Shown here: one piece after another, positions 9,303-19,900 of the stretch
Layout of the letters: each line of letters starts with the position of its first letter
How positions within the stretch are numbered: the first letter of the stretch is position 1
Assembly (NCBI GenBank): GCA_054661495.1
Contig: BAAFSQ010000111.1
Coordinates: 1-29,856 of the forward strand
Direction: 5' to 3'
DNA length: 29,856 nucleotides
Source: Zygophlyctis sp. KS116
Taxonomy: Eukaryota > Fungi > Chytridiomycota
Notes under the pieces: generated by a model
Seen by the model: only the letters and a program-made list of their open reading frames with translations
Database searches by the model: none
What the model was told of the DNA's origin: nothing
Translations under genes and position numbers: made by a program

Positions 9303-9769
9303 ATATTTGTACGTAACAAAAGAATTATTTATTGAAATAAATAGGATTTTGTGCGCTATTACACATTGGGCATTCTTTCTCACTCAAAACATATTTGTTC
9401 CAGTCATCCCTATTTGCAGATCCATTACAACAATCGCAAGAAACACTGTTTGCTGAGATTGGATAGCCTATTATAAACTAAAATTTATGATTTTTACCTG
9501 TCACAATGCAGGGTGGCTCGATTGTCTTGCAATTGATGCATAAAAGCGAGGCGCTATATACCTTTGAGTTGCATTGCATGCATGTCCTGAGGTCCACTTC
9601 TTGATTCAGTTTTTGATCTAAGGACATTTGCAGCACCCAGTCTCGTACTTCCTGGCGATACTTTTCCTAAATATAAATTATAAGATGCGTACTGATATAT
9701 TTTCTTTGGGAAGCACAACGTCAAAAGGTACATCAGTATTTGCAAAATCTGAATTTTCCAAAATCCCTA
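9171..9769. repeat. Direct repeat copy 2 (599 bp): duplicated FZO1 3' fragment plus real IFT172 3' end
   Basis: Matches 6987-7585. Confidence 0.97.
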
Positions 9770-12700
9770 GGGAACCATCTTCAATTGCATCAACCAAATC
9801 AAGAAAGCGATTCCAACAAACAAAAGCCATATTTAGCATTCCCGCATTCTATTGAATTTAAGACTATTGAAATACCTTGGCTGCCTGGCCTGCCTCAAAA
9901 AATGCAATATCAGGCCGAATTTCATTGGTATATCTCAGAAGAGAAATAGATTGTTTTGCAACCAACAAAGCCAGCTCAGATTTCCCTTTCAGTTTTTCTT
10001 TCAGACACTTCAGATGGGAAATATACAAATATTTCTCCAATTTAGTTTGGATTGTCCCATTACCTGATATTCTCTTTGAATTTAAAATAAAAAAGTTTAC
10101 AAGTTTGAGTAACATCTCTTTTAAAGATATCATTGAATCATTAGATGGGCTGTTTTGAAGAATCGATCTAGCCAAAGTATCATAAAATTCAAAATTGCTA
10201 GATATATTGGGAGTGCCATGTTTGGCAAATTGCCTAACTGCAGTTTCTGGACGCCCTTCTTTATGTAGCTGCTTTGCAAGCAAAGTAAGGTAATTTCCTA
10301 GTGAGTCTAGTTTCTAGCTATTTATAAAAAAAATGTACCTGAGAAGAAGCAATCTCTACACACGTTGCCCAATCACCTCTTTGAGCGAATTCTTCAACGT
10401 TGGCTATGACTTCAGAGGCTGGTCCTTTTTTTTCTGGAGAATCAAAAGTATGCTGCTTCTTGTATATTGTGTCAAAATACTCCGCATATTTTGGAGCTTT
10501 TTGTAGAACATCTTTTGCTTTATCCCATAATTTTCCTTCAATATATGCATCTATAGCATCTTTGTACATTTCAACTGCAAAAAATAGATCTCCCGCCAAT
10601 TGATATTTTCGAATTTCAATCAATTTTTCACATGTTATTCTGGCTACCTCTGCAATCCTCTCCGGAAGGAACTTAACCGCAAGTTTGAATGCATACTCCC
10701 AATTTTCGGCCAAGAAATTCAGATCATTTGTATGACTAGTATTCAGCCGAAGATACATATCTATAGAGAATGAATAATCTTTTTGCTGTTCATAAGATTT
10801 GGCGTTTGCGATAATTTCATCTTTTCCAGAACCAAAAGACGATGAAAGATGCTTTTGATATTCTTGATTAATTTCTCCTAATTTGGTCGGAACATATTCT
10901 TTGGTAAATCTAAGAGCTTCTTTCCAAAGACTTGCTTCTTTATAAAACTTTATGGCGAGTTCCGGTCTTTGAGCCCGTAAGATTAGACCTTCTCCTTTGG
11001 AATAATCCTTCTTATCAAATGCAACTTTTGCCTGGCCCACAAGTACTTCATTCATACTTTGAGGATCATATTTCTCCGCGATTTCTAGTGCGGAAACCCA
11101 GTCTTCATTATGAACATACATGAGAATAGCTTCACGCGGTTTACCCGACGCAATAAATGCAGCCTCTGCATCTTTATATCGCCCCTCATCCTCTAAATGC
11201 ATGGCTAAGGAGTCATATTTAATGAGAATTACCGTATTTATAATTGATTTCAGCAAATTTATATTTGTCAGCATATTTGCTCAGCTCAAATGCAAAGTCA
11301 AATGCATTATTCTCGGCTGCAAATTCCAATGCGGCATCCAAAAGTCCAAATTTAGTTAAAAGTTTTACCGCAGACTCACCTCCGAGTGATCTTGCCCATA
11401 AGTAGGCAACTTGTTTTGATGCGTTTGGACCTCCATGATTTTTTGCAATCTGTAAGTTGAAATGCTTCGATATATTACCCTGTAGGCATCCTCAAACATA
11501 TTGCTGGCACAATACATATTAATCGCAGCCTTAAAATCCAGACCTTCTAGATAATGATGTTCTGCTAATCTGAAGCTTCCCTCCGTTTCCAAACTCTTTC
11601 CGAGATACAGATGTGTATCGGCTAAATATTACAAATTTTTAACCCACCAAGAAGATCCTTATGATATACACTGACTAGTTTTATCATTTGATCATATTGT
11701 CGATTGTTTTTATACATAGCTATAGCCAAATCATGCTCCTTTATAGTTAAATAAAGCTTTTCGGCATCTTTTAGTTGTCCCATAGCTTCAAACTCCTTAG
11801 CTTGCTTAATATAAGTCTCTGAGACCTCTTTTGGGCTCATAAATGTGCATGCGACTTTATGAGCACGCTCCCATTGATGCACTTTTGAGTACATTACTAC
11901 CGCTTCATTTGGTTTTTTAGCCTCAATATAGAATTTTTCAGCCATGGAGTAATCTTCGACATCTCTAAAGTGATCAGCCAACGGAACAAAATATTTTTTG
12001 ATTAAATCATAATTTTGGACTGACTCGATTATAGAGACTGCCTTCTTCCACTAAAGATTAAATATAAATTTAAAAACTAACCTGTTTAGATCCAATAGCA
12101 GCCTCAATCGCTTTAATCATATTCCCTGACTCAATAAAATGATTAATTGAAGAATCTAACTGCCTGTTGGAGGCAAGGTAATCTCCCCATTGTTCCTCTA
12201 ATTTGATGACTTCCTCCGGGTAAGAAACGCGAGCTAATTCAACAGCAGAACTGTATACATTTCCTTTTTTAAAGGCATCCATGGCTTTATCAACTAATTT
12301 AACCCGCTGGAACAATTCTCCGGCCTTTTCATATTGACCACTAGCATACAAAGAAGTAGCGATTCGTTCAGTTAGATCCAAATTGTGATCCAATCCACGA
12401 TGAGCTAATAAATTGGCTGCTTTTAAAGGGGCACCTAGTGCATTAATGGTTTAAATTCGCTACCTCCTTTTAAATAGAGAGAAATAGCTGTTGAAAAATC
12501 ACCCTCCTCTGATTTAAAGTCCCCTAATAATCAGTACCAGTTGTGCAAAAATACCAGCCTTTCCTTCTTGTCCTGAATCAATAAGCCATTGCAAATAATT
12601 TCGCTTTAATGTCTCCAGCTCAGGGTGATTTTTAACTTCTGCAATTTTGATGGATTTGTCCCATTTATGAAGCTCTTGGTACATGTCCATCGCCTCTTCA

Positions 12701-15054
12701 ATTTTCCCCTAATAATAATAACAGTCTAAAGATACATTTTCAATATAGATATTTTCAGCTATCTGAAATTGTTTTTCGAGAATATGAAGTTTTGCTTGGA
12801 CTACATAATTGCGATTATCAATCTTGTATTTAGTTGACTAAGAATACTTACTCCAAAATCATGCTCATCTTGCAAAATTTCATTTAAACTATGAAGATAT
12901 CTTGTTCGACTGATATCCCCCGTTGCAGCAGCACAGCGCTCAGCTATAATAAGCTTACGATCTTTCAGTGCTAAGTCGCTTAATGTTTTCCACATTGCTG
13001 CTGTCTCTGGAGTCATTTCAAGATTTTCTAACAAGCGAATTCCTCTGTCGTAATCATGATTCTCAAGGGCTGCACCAAACTCTATAAGCCCTTCATCCAA
13101 AGTATAAGTCACCGTGTTAACGCCTTCATCTACTACCACATCTGTTTTTCCATCAACTCTTTCAATAGTTTCAATTTCACCCTTGATAGGAAATGTCGTA
13201 ACCCTATCAGGAGAGTTGATGGTGTACCAGATACATAAATCATTTCTACTTTGAGCAACCACTACATCACTACCAGGAACCCACTGAACATAAGAGCAAA
13301 AAGAAAGAAGCGTGACTCGTCTCTGGGATTGAACATTATACAAATGCAGCTGCTTTTTTTTGTCCCTGTACAAAAGCATATCACCTTTAGTTGAAAGTTC
13401 AAGCCAGTCAATTTTGTAATCATGATTAATCGTTCCAATAACCGTATTCGTTATTATATCCAAAATATTGATTGTCTGAAGATCCACGAGGTATGCTATT
13501 TTTCTAACAGGGTCCATACCGACTTTACTATCATAATATCGTAAGCTAAAATCAATAACAATTTAAGCCTACCTTAATAAATGTGGGCTCATGTATTCGG
13601 TGCGACATGATCCAATAACTTCATTCACCCCACTATAGTTAAAACTGATCAAGCATACTATTCTATAATTGATAACTCTCCGGCATTAAATACCATGCAT
13701 AAGTTTGCATTATCGAAGAAAAACTTTTCGTTACCACCACCAGACCAAGGTATCTAATGATTAATCTATAACAATAGCTCACTTCACTTAGTTTACATGA
13801 CACCAAATCTCCTATCAAAAGAGTCTCTGGTGTAGACGCTATCAAATATTGATCCTGAAAAATATTGATCTTTTGTACTTCATAATTATAGTGAGATTTT
13901 AAGACTATTCTTGAACCTGTAGAAAGTCTTTTGACAATAACTTGAGTAGAAGAAATATAATTGAATTCAAATTTTTTCTTATATGTCGTTCTCTTCAAGC
14001 AACAGTCAAACATCTCTGCAGCACCACACATATTTCCAATAACAAGTCTTGATCCATCCTTTTTCCATGAGAGACTTGTAAGCTCCAGAAAGTTTTCAAA
14101 AGCTTTATGAGGCCCCTCTTCCCATTGATTGTTTATAGTACTGTAATTATAAACATTTAACTTGTTAAAAGATCCAATGACACAGCTTTGCCCAGTTGGA
14201 CTAGATTCAATAACACTGAAAGTTTTTTGATTGGCTTCACGGCTATAATCAAACTTTTGAATTATTTTCCCTTTTTATTTAGATTCAAGATCACAAATTA
14301 CCATGATTATCATAAAAACACACAATATCATCAGATCCTGCCGCAACAATACTCTGATTCCAAGCAAGACAGATTGGAGGAACTGTATGGGTAGCAAATT
14401 TACCTTGAGAAGCTCCAGCAACATTATCATCAAAATAAAAACGATAAATTGCCCCATCAAAGTGACCACTGATGATGGCTGATCCTTCTAAATTGGAAGA
14501 AATCGAAACTACACATGAATCAGTCTCATATAAAGTGGCAGATTTGTTTGTCTTGAGATTACCGATCCGAACCTAAAAAATAAATATTAATATCTGAAAC
14601 CTTTCCATCAATCAATCCAAATACCACCGAGTTTGGTTGTTCTTGAGGCCAAACAAGACACGTAACTTCAGTGTGTTGGATCAATTTGTTACAAATGGAT
14701 TTTTTCTCTCCCCATTCTAGACCAAGTTTATATACAAAAACTACAGAATCTGACTGACAAACTGCTAAGCGCGTAGAGTCTGGCGACCACGCCAACGAAA
14801 CAATTGAATAATTCCTCGTCTAAAAATGAATGCAAAGTATAGAACCTTTGGATCAGCTGGTTTTGTAGGAAATTTGTCTTTACGTTCTCCCATCTCATCA
14901 AAGAGATGAACGACACGGTCCGCCGTAGCTATAGCTATCCTCTGATTATTTGGAGACCAAGCTATTGCCATGACTCTTCCCGGCTCATTTAAAGAATTTA
15001 AAATGGATTTCAAGTGTCTAAAATTAAGAAATAAGAATCATACCTGATTTGCAT
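9325..15054 (-). CDS. IFT172: Intraflagellar transport protein 172 (WD40 + TPR-like solenoid + C-terminal Cys-rich domain), many short introns
   Basis: Starts MQIRHLKS...AWSPNN...[13 protein letters not shown]. Contains [84 protein letters not shown]. Confidence 0.97.
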
Positions 15055-15301
15055 TTGATATTTTCTATGAATCAACGGAATATTCTCCCTTGACTTTGGA
15101 CAAAATTTCCTTCCCATCACAGTTTTAACTGATTGCATTATACAATTACACAACACAAACTATCATTACAGCCATTAGAAATCTTTGATCGTAAAAAGCC
15201 CAATCAATATAAACATGTCGATCATCAAAGAACATGTGAAGGTACGTGTCTAGACAAATATGGACCTTCTGTAAAACAAATTTGAATGCAGTTCTCTAAA
15301 A

Positions 15302-15316
15302 AGAAAAAAGCAAAAA
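15302..15316 (-). terminator. Pol III oligo-T terminator of tRNA-Tyr
   Basis: TTTTTGCTTTTTTCTT immediately follows the discriminator base on the minus strand. Confidence 0.8.
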
Positions 15317-15399
15317 TCCGATCACCCGGGATCGAACCGGGGACACCGAGATAACTATTGAATTACAGTCTCGTGCTCTTCCAACTGAGCTATGATCGG
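15317..15399 (-). tRNA. tRNA-Tyr(GTA) with 10-nt intron
   Basis: CCGATCA/TGATCGG acceptor stem with C1-G72 and A73. D arm TAGCTCAGTTGGAAGAGC; anticodon arm CGAGA-CTGTAA-[TTCAATAGTT]-A-TCTCG; T arm GGTTCGATCC. Confidence 0.96.
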
Positions 15400-15415
15400 T
15401 TGATTTCAGAAAATT

Positions 15416-15475
15416 CGACGGAACGGGGGTCGCCGAGCTTACTATTGTTTACAGTCGGGTTCTTCTAATGATCAG
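15416..15475 (-). pseudogene. Degenerate tRNA-Tyr copy retaining an intron remnant
   Basis: Minus strand CTGATCAT-TAGAAGAACCC-GACTGTAA-ACAATAGTAAG-CTCGGCGACCCCCGTTCC aligns with tRNA CCGATCAT...TGGAAGAGCACGA-GACTGTAA-TTCAATAGTTAT-CTCGGTGTCCCCGGTTCG. Confidence 0.75.
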
Positions 15476-15738
15476 TTCCTAGACCAGTTAACCTCGGCTT
15501 ATTAATTACCCTGAGAATAGAACAATAGAAATTGAACGGCGCAAAAACAAATTTAAAAACATTGCTGAACGCTATGATTTATAATCGAAACACATGATTG
15601 AAATGGCAGTTCTATGGCATATTTTGACGATCAAGAATCACGATATGTGCTGTCTATACATCAAACTGTTGGTGGATTTTGGGACTGGATTATACTGACG
15701 TTGAATTAGATGGGATTTTATAAATGAATTAAACTACT

Positions 15739-16715
15739 CTATAATACTTGTGCCAGAAAAGGATGCTCTAATGCCTCTTGTGCACTAATCCTCTTTTCTG
15801 GAACAAAATTGATCATTTTTCCTAATAAATCTAATCCTTCGGAATCAAGTTTCGGTAGTAATGAATCTAGAGCAATTGCAGAATATATAGGTGTATCATC
15901 CTAGAAATTTAAGAATAGAAAGAATATACTTTATATTCAGGTAATGTAGACAACCCAGGCCAAATTTCTTCATTTGGAGTTCCTAAAATCTTAAATATAC
16001 GTAACAATTGATCCTTGACTGAACTTCCAGGAAATAATGGTCTCCCACTTGCCATCTCTGCTAATATACATCCAATACTCCAAATATCAATAGAAGTAGA
16101 ATAGTTTCGTGATCCCATGAGAACATCTGGAGCACGGTACCATAAAGTAACAACCTCATGAGAATAAGATCTAACTGGAATTCCAAACGCTCTTGCTAAT
16201 CCAAAATCTGCCAATTTTAATTCACACTTCTTATTTATAAGTAAATTTTGTGGTTTTAGATCTCTATGAAGTACTCTATGCTCATGACAATATGCAACAC
16301 CTATATATTAAAATGATTTTTAATTTACCTCTTAGTAATTGTGCTTGTAAATTTTTTATAGTAGGCACATCCAGATCCCCATTATTAGTATCTAAAAATT
16401 TCTTTAAATCAGTGTCTATAAACTCAAAAACCAGAGTCAACTTCTTTTCTGTATGAATCACATCAAACAATTTAACAATATTCTGATGCTTTAATTCCTT
16501 TAAAAGAGAAATTTCACGAATCGCAGTGCATGGAACTCCTTCTTCCTCATTGTCCTAACATGAATTTATACTGATTATACCAGTCTTATTCTCTTTAGAG
16601 CAACCATTTCTCCAGAGTCTTTATTTTGAGCTTTATATACTATTCCATATGTTCCTTCTCCTAATTTTTCTATTTTCTTGGATGAGTCATTGTCTCATAC
16701 CTGATATTTCTCCAT
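15739..16715 (-). CDS. Cyclin-dependent kinase, CDK5/Pho85 family with PCTAIRE helix (~289 aa, 4 introns)
   Basis: [77 protein letters not shown]. Introns 16677-16700, 16555-16580, 16301-16328, 15901-15929. Confidence 0.93.
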
Positions 16716-16978
16716 TTTGCAGCACAAGAATTTGAATTACTTCAAATGTAAAACCTACCAGCCAACCTCATACATTCTGTTAATCTCTAGAGTAATTGGA
16801 CAAATTGTAATGGTTGAAAATAATTACATCATTCTTCTTCCACAGCCACAGACAAGCAAAGAACTCATCTCATTTACAATTCCACATGGTGGCTGATCGT
16901 ATCCAGGAAAATTGTAATGCAGATCCTTGAAAATTCTTCCGTCTAGTCTTGTGGCTGCCCCAAAACTTGACGCAAAAA

Positions 16979-19900
16979 ATGTCGAGTGGTGCACTAGTAC
17001 TTCAGGACGGTAGTTTTATACTTGGAGAGAGTTTTGGAGCTGATAAATGCATCTCGGGAGAATTAGTATTTCAAACTGGTACATTTAGTCTCTAAAATTA
17101 GGAATGGTTGGTTATCCAGAATCATTAACTGATCCTTCTTACGCTGGTCAGGTTCTAGTCCTGACTTTTCCTCTCATTGGTAATTATGGAGTGCCGGATT
17201 TTAGTGCATTGGATGAATTTGGTACAAAAATATATTTTGAATCTGAAAAAATTCATATAGCTGGATTAATTGTTGGAATTTATTCTAAAGATTATTCTCA
17301 TTATTTAGCTAAAAGTTCTCTAGGGACTTGGCTAAAGGAAAATGGGATTCCTGCAATTTCGGGAATAGATACAAGAGCGTTAACTATAAAAATTAGAAAT
17401 AATGGATCTCAATTAGTTAAAATTTTATCTGGAAAGATTCCAAACGCGAAAATTTTATCAGATTTTGGAGATGTGGAATGGTGTGATCCAAATTCTTGTC
17501 ATTTGGTGGCAAATGTTTCTAGAAAGAAAATTCAGGTTTATTCTCCAAAAAATCCAGTTTTAAATTCTAAAACTGGTAAACCTTTAATGGTTTTAGCAGT
17601 GGATCTAGGAATGAAGAATAATCAAATTAGATGTTTCTTGAAAAGGGGAATTACTCTAAAAGTTGTGCCTCATGATTATGATTTCACTCATGACTCAGAT
17701 TTTGATGGTCTTTTTCTATCAAATGGTCCTGGGGATCCTCAAATGTGTCGAGAAGCCATAAAGAATGTCAAGAAACAGTTGGAATTGGGAAATAAACCAA
17801 TTTTTGGGATTTGTTTAGGTCATCAAATATTAGCAATTGCATCAGGGGCTTCAACAAAGAAATTACTGTTTGGAAATAGAGGTCAAAATATTCCTTGCAC
17901 TGATTTAGAGACTGGGAGATGTTATATTACTTCTCAAAACCATGGCTACGCAGTGGATGTAGAGACTCTGACTAAAGGTTGGAAAGAATATTTTGTAAAT
18001 GCAAACGATGGATCAAATGAAGGGATACTGCATACCACATTACCTTACTTTAGTGTTCAATTTCATCCAGAATCCTCACCTGGTCCATGGGACACGGAAT
18101 ACCTATTTGACAAATTTATTTCTGCTATAGAGCTCTGCGTTCAAATGGGTAAATTGGTTTCATTAGAATCATCTGGGGGACCTCCTGACTCTAAGAAAGT
18201 TCAAATGAGAAAGGTTTTAGTTCTGGGCTCAGGAGGACTATCTATTGGACAAGCTGGTGAGTTTGATTACTCTGGTTCCCAAGCTATAAAAGCCCTCAAG
18301 GAAGAAAAAATATACACAATTCTAATTAACCCAAATATTGCTACAATTCAAACTTCAAAGGGATTGGCAGATAAAGTTTACTTTTTGCCTGTCACCCCCG
18401 ATTTTGTTAGAAAGGTTATTAAGCACGAGAAACCAGATGGTAATTAATAATAGACTCATCACAGGTATATATTGCACATTTGGAGGGCAGACTGCTTTAA
18501 ATGTTGGGGTGAAATTAAAGTCTGAATTCGAAGCTTTGGGTGTCAAGGTTCTAGGTACTCCAATAGAGACTATTGAGATCACCGAAGATCGAGAGCTTTT
18601 CGCTCAACATATGTCTCAAATCGGAGAAAAATGTGCAAATTCTTCCTCTGCGACAAATATAGAAGATGCTTTAAAAGCCGGAAGACGCATTGGGTTCCCT
18701 TTAATTATAAGAGCAGCTTATGCCTTGGGCGGCCTAGGTTCTGGATTTGCCGAAAATGAGAAGCAACTAGTAGAGATTTGCACTAGGGCCTTTGCAATTT
18801 CCCCTCAAGTTCTTGTGGAAAAGTCAATGAAAGGATGGAAAGAAATAGAATACGAAGTTGTACGCGACGCATATGATAATTGCATTACGGTTTGTAATAT
18901 GGAGGTATAGTTTGAATTATAATATGATAGAATTTTGATCCACTGGGGATTCATACTGGTGATAGTATTGTTGTTGCACCTTCTCAGACGCTTTCTGATG
19001 ATGATTATATGATGCTTCGCAAGACTGCAGTTAACGTTATCCGCCATCTCGGAGTGATTGGAGAATGCAACATACAATATGCTTTAAATCCTAATTCGAG
19101 AGAGTATTGTATAATTGAAGTCAATGCTCGATTGTCTCGAAGTTCTGCTTTGGCTTCAAAAGCCACAGGCTACCCCTTGGTATTTTTAGATAGTGTAACT
19201 AGATAAGGCATTCGTAGCAGCAAAATTGGGATTGGGTATAGCTTTAACGGAAGTTAAAAATTCTGTAACAAAGAAAACAATCGCTTGCTTTGAACCTAGT
19301 CTAGATTATGTGGTGGTAAAAATGCCACGATGGGACTTGAAAAAATTCAACAGAGTCAGCACAAAAATAAGCTCAGCTATGAAAAGTGTCGGCGAGGTCA
19401 TGGCAATAGGAAAAACGTTTGAAGAAACAATCCAAAAGGCTATTCGTTCTGTAGAATATAGCTTCATTGGATTTTCTGAAACTGTATGATTGATCAATAT
19501 ATTTAATTTTTAGGAAGGCTTTAATATGCATAAATTGGAGGAGGAATTGGCCAATCCCTCTGATGAACGCTTATTTGCAATTGCAAATGCATTACATGCT
19601 GGTTACTCCGTAGAACGCATTTGGGAATTGACTAGAATTGATAAATGGTTCTTGAATCGATTAAAAAATATCGTTGATTTTGAAAAAGAATTATCAAATT
19701 TCAGCTTGAATACTTTAACTAGCGAGACGCTTATGGATGCAAAAAAGCTTGGGTTCTCAGATCGTCAAATTGCTCATTCTGTCTCCACTACCGAACTGGC
19801 AGTTCGCAAAATACGAAAAGAAATGGGTGTCACTCCTTTTGTGAAGCAAATTGACACGGTAGCAGCTGAATTTCCTTGTTTTACCAATTATCTGTATTGG

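Noticed and set aside
15590-15705. Possible C/D box snoRNA (ATGATTG ... CTGA)
   Set aside because: Box C is imperfect and no recognisable rRNA guide or terminal stem is present.
17104-19526. Apparent frameshifts or pseudogenisation of URA2, FOL1, IFT172 and RICTOR
   Set aside because: Each break I examined is explained by a short GT-AG intron that restores conserved sequence.
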